From Chiloscyllium plagiosum (Eukaryota): a stretch of DNA of 64,000 bases. A program made the position numbers and the translations under genes. The stretch covers positions 12,183,356 to 12,247,355 of the forward strand of contig NC_057754.1 in the NCBI RefSeq assembly GCF_004010195.1. Direction: 5' to 3'. The notes below the pieces were generated by a model. That model saw only the letters and a program-made list of their open reading frames with translations. It searched no databases and had not been told where the DNA came from. This document shows positions 1-9,595 of this stretch, piece by piece (position 1 is the first letter of the stretch; the number at the start of each line of letters is the position of its first letter).

Positions 1-355
1 TTTCTCCAGTTTCCTCATTCCCCCTCCCCCCACCTTGTCTCAGTCCCAACCCTCGAACTCAGCACCACCTTCCTAACCTGCAATCTTCTTCCTGACCTCT
101 CCGCCCCCACCCCACTCCGGCCTATCACCCTCACCTTGACCTCCTTCCACCTATCGCATTTCCAACGCCCCTCCCCCAAGTCCCTCCTCCCTACCTTTTA
201 TCTTAGCCTGCTGGACACACTTTCCTCATCCCTGAAGAAGGGCTTATGCCCGAAATGTCAATTCTCCTTTTCCTTGGATGCTGCCTGACCTGCTGCGCTT
301 TTCCAGCAACACATTTTCAGCTCTGATCTCCAGCATCTGCAGTCCTCACTTTCTT
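1..355 (+). mobile_element. Penelope-like element 3' end/pLTR remnant
   Basis: C-rich 3' region followed by a hammerhead-like core and the GATGCTGCCTGACCTGCTGCGCTTTTCCAGCA tail. The tail recurs degenerate at about 14530 (-), 21050, 39890, 42965 and 59735. Confidence 0.7.
226..263 (+). ncRNA. Minimal type I hammerhead ribozyme motif (PLE-associated)
   Basis: CTGAAGA(232-238)-A-GGGC-TTAT-GCCC-GAAA(252-255)-TGTC: CUGANGA core, perfect 4-bp stem II, GAAA and a GUC triplet. Stem I/III show probable CpG decay. Confidence 0.65.
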
Positions 356-857
356 CTAGTGTATTAGACCAATCACTTACAAGACAGGCAAGACACACGG
401 GGGAATAAAGCATCTTTTCCAGTCCTCTCTGCTTATGGGTGGAAACCAAAAGAATCGACAGTTTAAAAAAGGAAATTAAACAAGAATTTAAGGCAAATAA
501 TCTTGCAGAGCTTTGGAAAGGGAGCAGGGGAATTAAATTTTTGCAATACCCTGCTCTTAATATGATCCAGGGATTAATTGGGTATATTTGTGCTTTTCCC
601 TTGCCTTTCCTTCCACAGGTGAGGTGCCCAGACCTGGACAACCTCCTGCGCCGGCTGTTAAATCTGAGTTTTTGGGGTGACACTAACCCCGGAAATCTTT
701 TCGCACACACCCTTTTATCTTGCACAGTGAAAGGCCGATGATATTGAGGAGTTAAAGAATGGGGAGTGACTTTATTTGATATTGCTTGATATCTGTTTGA
801 AATTGACGATCTGGAAATGCTTCCATTAAATGTGCTGCAGAAACAGTGAGAAAAAGC

Positions 858-1430
858 AGCCCCGCCTCTCCCGTCAGTCCAGGACAATGTTCTGGCTCCA
901 GGCCCGCCTCCTCATTCACGATTTGCAGATGCCGGTGTTGGACTGGGGTATACTAAGTTAAAAATCACACACCACCAGGTTATAGTCCAACAGGTTTACT
1001 TGGAAGCACTAGCATTCTGAGCCCCGCTCGTTCATCAGGATACTCCACAACTACCTGATAAAGGAGCAGCGCTGTCAAAGCTAGTGCTTCCAAGTTAACC
1101 GGTTGGACTCTCGCCTTGGTTGTGTGATGTTTAACTCCTCATTCACGGATTGGTTGGAGAACTAATCCCGCCCCTCACACCCTTCGATAGGTTAAGACTG
1201 CAGCCCGCCCACTATCTCTGATTGGGCAAGTGTCACCTGATGTTTACTCTGATTGGATGGCTGGCAGCTACTATCACGCCTTCTGCTTCCTATTTGCCCT
1301 GAGGCGTTGTCAATCATGCGGGAGGAAGAGCGACGCATGCGCACAGTTGGTTGGGATATTGAATATGCGTGTGCCGGGAGTGACGGTTGGAAGTGAATGT
1401 TTGTTTATCACATCCACGGGCGGTAAGTAA
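858..1430 (+). promoter_or_regulatory. CpG-rich promoter and non-coding first exon (probably of the ZNF gene)
   Basis: Several GC boxes (CCCGCC), inverted CCAAT boxes (GATTGG at about 1148, 1220, 1251), NRF1-like GCATGCGCA (1335-1343), and splice donor CG|GTAAGT at 1423. CpGs are retained to about 1760. Confidence 0.7.
921..1134. mobile_element. Palindromic Penelope-derived non-autonomous insert with two inverted degenerate hammerhead motifs and a 13-bp TSD
   Basis: Arms of about 83 bp (956-1039 and 1054-1136) are imperfect reverse complements. CTCCTCATTCACG is present at both 908-920 and 1135-1147. Confidence 0.8.
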
Positions 1431-1976
1431 AGGTTAAAAAGGCCAGTGCTCGGAGAAACATTCTGAAAAGAAGAATTCACGATTGCGAAGTTTAGGTCGC
1501 AATGCTCAAATCGGGTGTTCCGGTGCCGCAGAGAGTCTCAGGCCTCTTCCTGCCATAGGCCCCCGTTGAAGGCCAGTAGTATTTGTTTTGGTCGGGTTGG
1601 GGGGGTCTGCAGGCGCCGTTAGCGCGGTGATGTCACCGTGAGTGGGCGGAGCCGTGTGTAGCCTTTCCATTCTCCCCCTCCTTCCTTTACATCTGAGCCA
1701 ATGACTCCATCTGGGGCCCTTCTGGTTTGTTTGGTTTCTCCCCGTCGGAGGGCGGGCTTACGAAGGGGAGATGTAGCTGGCTGGGATTTAAAAAAGCAGC
1801 AATCCCACCAGAATCTAACCACTGTCGTCCCCCTGAAAACTTTACAAGGCTTTCAGCAGCTGGATGTCTGACTGAGTCCTTCCTGCACATGGAGCAGGGG
1901 AATGTGACTGCACCATTGGGTGGGCAACTCAGATGGGTAACTGAGTGTCTCTGTCATTATCCTGATATTTCCACAG

Positions 1977-2011
1977 GACATCAATAGTGTCTCTGCTGGC
2001 CGGATAGTCAG
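1977..2011 (+). other. Candidate 35-bp 5'UTR exon
   Basis: TTTCCACAG acceptor (AG 1975-1976) and CAG|GTAAAT donor (2012). Confidence 0.3.
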
Positions 2012-2064
2012 GTAAATTCTAACTGAGTGGACAGAACATCCATATAATTTCTCTTTCAGTCTAG

Positions 2065-2740
2065 GTTAACATAAGAAAGATGAACAGGAGTAGGCCATCT
2101 GACTCACTGAGCCTGCTCTGCCGTTCAATATCAGCCTGGCTAATCTTTTCATGAACTCAGCACTACTTACGCACCTGCTCACCACAATCTTTAATTCCTT
2201 TACAGTTCACAAGTCTATCTTTGCCTCAAAAACATTCAAAGAGGTAGTGTCAACTGCTTCACTGGGCAGTGAATTCCATAGGTGCTAATGAGCTCTTAAA
2301 GCTCTTTCTGCAGTCGGTTCCCTGGTATACTTTTACTCATGCTGTGTAACTCAGTTATTTCTAAGTCCACTGGAAGACCATATGTAATCAGAACATTTGG
2401 CCCCTCAAGCCAGTTACATCATTCAATAGGATTGTGGCTGATCAAATATTCCTCATGTCGTCTTTCCAGCATTTTCTTGGAATCTTTGTTTCCCCTACTG
2501 ATCAAGAATCTGTCTATCTCAGCCTTAAAGGTACAAACAGACTCTGCCCCCACAGCACTGTGGCAAAGAGTTCCAACAAGGAGAAATTCCTCCTCTCATT
2601 TTTGATATCCCTTCATTCTGAGATTATACTTTCTAGTCTTGTATTCTTGCATGAATGGGAATATCCTCTCACACCCTGTCTAGATAATTCAAAATCTGAA
2701 TTGCTTCAATGAGATCTATCATTGTTCTAAACTCTAATGT
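2065..2740 (-). mobile_element. Degenerate CR1 LINE 3' ends (two fragments)
   Basis: Reverse-complement CR1 3'UTR motifs (AACATAAGAA...GGAGTAGGCCAT; AAGAATCTGTCTATCTCAGCCTTAAA). Confidence 0.6.
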
Positions 2741-3102
2741 GTTGTGTTTTATTCACTTAATCACTGGTTAAAGTTCTTTCCACAGTCAGTACACTGTGAG
2801 AGAACTTTTGCTGAATTTTAAAATCATTTTTGTTTTGAAAATGAGGTCAATGGTGGACCTCTGGATTGTGAGCAGTAGCTTGTTTTGAAAAGAGTAAACC
2901 AGCTGGTGTTTGTTGTTAAGGCTGAGCCTGGATGTTAATTGCAGGTTGTTTCTTGATTTAAAAACTCTGTAGACACTAGAGGATGGCAGTGTGCTTAACC
3001 AGACAGGAGATGTTTGACTATTAATGAGGTTAGTGTCTGGGAACTGGTGCCAGCAAGTCTGGGAGAGGATGTGATCAAACAGAAGCAAGCTGGAGATTTT
3101 TG

Positions 3103-3133
3103 TTTCCACACTGTAAGTAATCTAATCTAATCT
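3103..3133 (+). mobile_element. Extremely 5'-truncated HE1-type SINE tail with 7-bp TSD
   Basis: TTTCCACACTGTAAGTAATCTAATCTAATCT matches the tail of the full SINE at 63226-63250. It is flanked by ATTTTTG at 3096-3102 and 3134-3140. Confidence 0.75.
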
Positions 3134-3511
3134 ATTTTTGACCTTTTGGTTTTTTGAGAGAAGAATTTTGTCTATTGATGCGACAGTCTGAGGATTTGGC
3201 AACGTTAGTATCTGTGAAATAATGCATCATGGAAACTACTGAAGTATTCTGGCCAGTTTTGTAATTTTTGAACTTTTTCTAATTTATCCCTTAAACCTCA
3301 AGAAGATATTAGTACGCTTCCTTCATTGCTCAGACCATCGAGTGTAGGCATTGGGACATTATATTGAGGTCATACAGGATGTTGGTGAGGCCTCTTCTGG
3401 TGTGCTGTGTCCAGTTCTGGTTGCTGTGCTACAGGAAGAATGCCATTAAATTAGAGAGGGTTCAGCAGATATTTACCAAGATGTTGCCAGGATATGGAAT
3501 GTTTGAATTTA

Positions 3512-3782
3512 CAGTAGCGTCTCGACTTACGAACTTAATCCGTTCCGGGACCCGGTTCGTGAACCGAAAAGTTCGCGAACTGAATCAATTTTCCCATTGT
3601 TCGGATATTCAAAGCGCACGTAGCAAAGCAGAACAATGACAATGAAGCCACTGGCTTTTTGCATTTGTACCTTCGTTCGTACCTTGAATTTTGTACGTAC
3701 GTTGAAGCAAAGTTTTACAAACAATCCTGTTCGTAAACGGATTTGTTCGTGAACGGGGTCGTTCGTATGTCGAGGCGCTACG
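3512..3782. mobile_element. Tigger/pogo-like (Tc1/mariner) MITE
   Basis: TIRs CAGTAGCGTCTCGACTTACGAAC and GTTCGTATGTCGAGGCGCTAC(-)G, TA TSD at 3510-3511 and 3783-3784, no transposase ORF. Confidence 0.85.
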
Positions 3783-3903
3783 TATAAGGATAGGCTGGAA
3801 AGGCTAGGCCTTTTTTCACTGGAGTGTAGTAGGTTGAAAGTTGACCGTATGGAGGTTTATAAAATCATAAGGGGTATAGATAAGGTGAATGGCAGGTGGT
3901 GGG

Positions 3904-4485
3904 TGTGAGAAACAAAAGCTCACTCACTTTAATAATTTCAGTCCGAGACGAATATCTGAATAACAGCTTCTTTTTTATTTATACACCAAAAGGTGGGTGC
4001 CTTGTCTAATTACCAGGTAAGGTAATTACAGAATGCACACTATATCCAAAAAACCCTCGCAATTTATACCATATGTTTTCCTTATTCCATTGTCTGTTCC
4101 CTGCTTCGCTTACGTCACTCATTTCCTTAAGACTTATCCCACAACTTCTGTTTATCCTGTTTTGTCCGTGACAAACTCTTATCTCTGACTCCCATAAGGG
4201 TGTTTGACGTCAGTCTATTATAGATTATTGATTGGGCATATCTTTTCTTCTATCAGCATCTATTTCCATCCAGAGGCCACTTTGACCTCTTTGATTAGGG
4301 TTAGTTCCTGTGACTTGAGGAGGGGAAACAGATGCTTTCCTGTTTGCCCATATATCCACCATTGTTCTGTATTCATGTCTCATGCTCACATATCCTTTCT
4401 TTTTGCTGAATATGTATTTTCTCATTCCTATTCTGTATCAGAATTTATACTTGCAGAAATAACATTAATTCATTTATATCCCACA
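3904..4485 (-). mobile_element. Solo LTR (582 bp) with 5-bp TSD
   Basis: TG...CA ends (TGTGAGA / TCCCACA), GTGGG TSD at 3899-3903 and 4486-4490. On the minus strand there is a TATAAAT (about 4065) upstream of AATAAA (about 3977). Confidence 0.8.
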
Positions 4486-4859
4486 GTGGGTGATTTCTAG
4501 ATGAGGGATGTAGTTTTAACGTGAGAGGAGAAAGATTTTAATAAGGTGAGGGACACTTCTTTTTCACAGAGAGGTGAAAATGGTTTGTGTGTGGAATGAA
4601 GTTTCAGAGGGAAGTGGTGGAGGCAGATACAGTTACAACGTTTAAAAGACATTTGGATAAGTACATGAATAAGATATGTTTCAAGGGATATGGGCCAAGC
4701 AGACACTGGTGGGATTAGTATAGTTTGACATTATGGTCAGCATGAAGTGGTTGGATCAAGGGGTCTGTTTCCATGCTAGATTACTCAATGACTGTTTGTC
4801 TGTCTTTGGTATGAATAGGGCTTTAAACAAATGATTGAATTCAATCATTGCAGTGATCC

Positions 4860-5197
4860 TAGAATACCTACAGTGTGGAAAAAGGCTATTCAGCCCATCT
4901 AGTCCACAATGATTCTCGGAAGAGCATCGCACCCAGCCTCACCTTTTTACTGTAACCCTGAATTTCTCATGGTTAACCCACCCACCCTGAAAAATCCTGG
5001 ACACAATGGGGCAATTATTTTGGGCAACTCACCGAATCTGCACATCTTTGAACTGTGGGAGGAAACCGGAGCATCTGGAGGAGGCTTGTGCAGTCACGGG
5101 GAGAACATGCAAACTCCACACCGACAGTCAACCATGGGAGGACTCTAACCCAGATCCCTGGGACTGTGAGGCAGCAGTACTACCCACTGAGCCACAT
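4860..5197 (-). mobile_element. HE1-type tRNA-derived SINE
   Basis: Minus strand begins GTGGCTCAGTGGGTAGTACTGCTGCCTCACAG and contains the GTGTGGAGTTTGCA core and TTCCACACTGTAG tail. Confidence 0.85.
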
Positions 5198-5461
5198 TTG
5201 CTGAGGAGTATATGCAGTATGGTGTTGGGAGGCACTTGTGTATGTGCGATTGATTGAAAAGTGACCACTTACAAAACTGTTTCACTGAACTGGTTGCCAA
5301 TTAGGAGGAGACTTTGAGAGCAGACCAGGGAGTGACAGGGAGAAAATTGAGCGGTGTGGGCCCTTCGGACGTTGGGGTTATTGTCAGTTCACCACTTCTC
5401 TCACCCCCCCACTCCCCGCCACTGACTCCTTCTTTCCTCACATCCCCCCTGTCCCTTACTC

Positions 5462-5742
5462 CCCCTGGACTGAGGACACAGCCTTACAGTACAGGGAATA
5501 CCCTTTTAGAATGGAGACGAGGAGGAGTTTCTTCACTCAGAAGGTGGTGAATCTGTGGAATGCTTTGCCGCAGAAGACTGTGAAGGCCTAGTCTATGAGT
5601 GTATTTGATTTGTGAGGGGATCAAGGGTTAAAGGGAGAAGGCAGGAGAATGGGCTTGAGAAACAAATCAGCCATGATCGAATGGTGGAGCAGACTCAATG
5701 GGCAGAGTGGCCTGTTTCTGCTGCGATATCTTATAGTCTTAT
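5462..5742 (+). mobile_element. CR1 3' end
   Basis: TTCTTCACTCAGAAGGTGGTGAATCTGTGGAAT...ATCAGCCATGATCGAATGG...TCTTATAGTCTT tail. Confidence 0.75.
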
Positions 5743-5873
5743 TTGGCTCATTGAGCTCATGGTTGATCTGATTCTGACCTCAATTCCACTTTCCTTTCAA
5801 TTCCCTGTAACCCTATCTTTGCTACATTTCTAACCTCACTGGAACTTCTGATTTCTGTCATCTCCTTTCCCAG

Positions 5874-5980
5874 GGATTTATAAGATTTGAAGGCAGCAAG
5901 AATTTCTTTTCTTTGCTTCTGATATCTTTCCAGCTCCAGGCTCCAGCAGGATATTTGAAAATAGTGGGATTCTTTGGCAG
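5874..5980 (+). other. Candidate 5'UTR exon
   Basis: Pyrimidine tract TCTCCTTTCCCAG acceptor and consensus CAG|GTGAGT donor at 5981. Confidence 0.4.
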
Positions 5981-7044
5981 GTGAGTATTTTTGAGCATTC
6001 ATCTACAATTTCAATCTTGTTGTGCACTGTCGTGCTTCCATAGTCCTGGGGTTGATGTGGCACCTTTCCTGTGGATCTGAATCTGTATCCCATCTAGTGC
6101 TCTCTTATACCTCTCCACATCATCTCTCTGTCTCTAATTCCAGGATTATTTGAACCTTTATTAGTATTTTGTTGTTATTTCTGCTGACTGTGTGCAAATG
6201 AGGTTTCTATTGCTGCCCATCTCCCAGTATATGTTGTGATTTCCCAGCTTTATCTTCCCATGGTCAGGAATTGTTTGTCCTGCACTGGAGATCATTTCTT
6301 TTTCTGAGCTAATATTGACCATCACTTTTTATGACACAAGGATAGCAGCCCAAAGCAAACCAGCTTCACTAACACTGGATTCACAACACAGTGAAATTAA
6401 AACATTGAATGACCACATTGCCCAAACATTCTTAACTAGTCTTTGAGTAACAGATCTTGGACACTGAGTTTATAGAAAGAAGAAATAATAACTTGAGCAA
6501 AACAAATATAAGCAACTAATCTCATCAATATCTGTGATTTAAACACATTTTTTTTCTTCATTCACAACCTCCACTCTCACTGACTGACAGACACGTAGGG
6601 ATAGATGAAACAGAAATTGAAATTAATATAAATTGTCAGTTCAAGTAAATACTTGTCAACAATGGATGCCAAGCCTTTGTGCAATTCTTGGATAATGAAA
6701 TTTTCACAGGCACGTAAACTTTATCTAATTTCCAAGGCAGCAGTCAATGGAAACAGTTTCAGCAAACTCCTGTAAATATTTACTTTGATCTATATACTTT
6801 GTTCTTGCTTTTCTCAGAACATTGAAAAATTTGAGAGCTGGGTAGAAAACGAGAGACAGAGCAGCCAGTTCAGAACTCACTCTGCACCTTCTTGACCCTC
6901 TTGAACCATTTCAGTCTGTGTTGCAAAGCTGCGCCCACATTGCTGTTCAGTAAGGAGTTACAGAATTTTCATCCAGTAGTGAAAATGTAGTGCAGATATT
7001 TGTGTCAGTTACAATCATTTTGTTTTTATATCCCACCTTTAACA

Positions 7045-7800
7045 CAATAGAAACATAGAAAATAGGAACAGGAGTACACTGTTGTGGCATTCGATCTTGC
7101 TCCTCTATTCAGTATGATGATGGCTGATCATTCTACTCAGTAGCTTGTTCCCTTTAGACTATATCCTTTGATCCCTTTAGCCCTCAGAACTATATCTATC
7201 TTCAATTTGGAAACATTGTGTTTGGGCCTAAATTGCTTTGTGTTGCAGCGAATTCTGCAGACCACCAGACTCTGAGAAAATAAATATTTCCTCATCTCAG
7301 TCCTAAATGGCCTACCCCATATCCTTAACCTTTGACTACCCACTCATTAGAAGATCCTTCCTGTATTTACCTTGTTAGTCCTGTCAGAATGTTTTAGGGT
7401 TTCTGTGAGATTCTCTTTCCTTCCAGTGGGTTTCACCCGAACCAATTCGTTTTGTCCTTATCCATCAGTGCTGCCAACCCAGCAATCAGTCTGGTAAACC
7501 TTTGTTGTACACCCTCCATTAAGCAAGCATCCTTCATCAGGTAAGATTTCAAAACCTGCACACAATGTGGAATAACCAAGACTGTACAATTGAAACAAGA
7601 CATCCCTGCTTCTCGCCAATACACCGTTTGCCACTTTCACCTCCTGCTACACCTGCGTGCTTACTTTCAGCGACTCGTGGACAAGAACACTAGATCTTAT
7701 TTCACCTCCTCTTTTTCCAGCCTCTTGCCATTCAGAAATTAATCTGCCTTAATGTTTTGTGATCAAACTGGATAATCTCCCATTTATCTACATTATCCTT
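7045..7800 (-). mobile_element. CR1 3' fragment
   Basis: TAGAAACATAGAAA tail; ORFs GRPFRTEMRK and MEGVQQRFTRLIAG. Confidence 0.8.
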
Positions 7801-7805
7801 CATCT

Positions 7806-8368
7806 GGTGTTAGCTTCTTGAATGTTGTTGGAGCTGCACCCATCCAGGCAAGTGGGGAGTATTCCATTATATTCCTAACCCCCAAGATGTTGGTAGTGGG
7901 GGATTCCGTGATGGTAACACAGTTGAATGCCAAAGGGCAGTGGTTAGATTGTCTCATTGGTGGTGGTCGTAGCTTGGCATTTGTGTAGCGTGAATGTTAC
8001 TTGCACTTGTCAGCCCAAGTCTAAATACTGTTCAGATCTTGTTGCATTTGAACACGGACTGCTTCAGTATCTGAGAAGTGGCGAATGGTGCTGAACATTG
8101 CACAATCATTGGTGAACATCCCTACTTCTGACTTTATGATAGAGTTTGCCCCCTTATTCCCATGGATTCCAGTTTCGTGAGGGCTCCTTGATGCCACAGT
8201 TGGTTGAATGCAACCTTGATGTCAAGGACTGTCACTCTCCCCTCTGGAAATCACCTTTTTTGTCCATGTTTGAACCAAGGCTGCAATGAGTTCAGGAGCT
8301 GAGCAGGTTATTGCTGAGCAGGAGCTGTTTGATGGCACTGTTGATGACACCTTCTATCACTTTGCTGA
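7806..8368 (-). mobile_element. LINE fragment (second L2/CR1-clade family)
   Basis: Reverse complement aligns with RT-region segments of the element at 34290-35850 (e.g. TGAACCAAGGCTG, GACAAGTG-CAAGTAACATT). Confidence 0.65.
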
Positions 8369-8467
8369 CAACACTGAAGCATATCTGCATCCTGCTCACA
8401 GTTCACTGTCCAACCCAGCTTCATGTCATCTACAACTTTGGAGCAAAGAGATTTGAGTTTCCTCGTG

Positions 8468-9595
8468 AATCATAGATACGTTCGTACAGAATGGAAACAG
8501 ATCCTGCAGTCCATCCAGTTCATGCCAACCGTAATCCCAAACTAAATTCATCCCACCTGCTTGCCTTTGGCCCATGTCCCTCCAAACATTCCATATTCAT
8601 GTACTTAATCAAATATCTTTTAGAAACATTATAACCCAGATCCACCATTTCCTCTGGAAGTCTATTCTCGGTATGAAACATCTCCACCCGAAGGGAAAAG
8701 ATCTTGTCTATTCACCCTGTCCATGCCCCTCATCTCTTTTTTTTTTAAATCGTTCTCCTCTCACCTTTAAAATATGCCTCCTAGTCTTAAGGTTTTCCAC
8801 TCTATGGGAAGGACACCTGCCATTCACCTTATGTAAGTCCCTCGTGATTTTACAAACCTATATAAGGTCACCCTTCAATCCCCTACTGTCCACTAAAAAA
8901 GATTCCAGCCTGTTTTTTTAGAAAGCAAACCTCCGTTCCCTGCAGCACCCTGCTAGATCTCTTCTGAACCATCTCCAGCTTAATGATATCTTTCCTACAA
9001 CAGGCTGATCAGAAGTGAACATAGTATTCCAGAAGAGGCCTCATCAACAACCTGCATAACCTCAACAATGATATCCTAACTCCGATGCTCAAAGGTCTGA
9101 GCAATAAGGTTAGCCTATTGAATGCTGCCTTAACCACCCTCTCTACATGTGACACAAACTTCAAAGAATTTTGTACCTGAACCCCAAGGTCTTTCTGTTG
9201 ACAGCACTATCTGAGACTCTACTTTTAATTGTATAAGTTCCACCCTTGTTTGTTTTACAAAATGCAATACCTTGCATTTATTCAATTTAAACTCTGCCAT
9301 TCCTCAGCCCATTGATCCAATTGATCAAGATCGCTTTGTAATCTTAGACAACCTTCTTTCCTGTCCAATATACCACCAATTTTGGTGTCATCCGCTAACT
9401 CAGTAACCATGCCTTCTAATGAAGGCTTATCCTTTTCCATAACTACTTTGAAACTAATAGAATTATGATCACTCGACTCAAAGTGTTCCCCAACTATCAT
9501 TTCAGTCACTTGCCCTGCCTTATTAAACAAGAGAAGGTCACATTTTCTTCTTTCTGTAGTAGGAACATTTACATTGATGAAGAAAATGTTCTTGA
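8468..9595 (-). mobile_element. Degenerate CR1 fragments
   Basis: CR1 tail at about 8470; ORF containing ADDTKIGG...LQSDLDQLDQWAEEWQ. Confidence 0.75.

Larger units (their letters stand above)
3310..4792 (+). mobile_element. CR1 LINE 3' fragment hosting a MITE and a solo LTR
   Basis: Translates as YRMLVRPLLVCCVQFW...LERVQQIFTKMLPG. CR1 sequence resumes after each insert and ends in the CR1 tail. Confidence 0.85.

Noticed and set aside
589..625. Polypyrimidine CAG|GTGAG (recursive-splice-like site)
   Set aside because: It lies upstream of the inferred start site with no known transcript across it; the motif alone is insufficient.
258..887. 209-aa minus ORF and 100-aa plus ORF 439-741
   Set aside because: No recognisable domain; the minus ORF ends within a repeat.
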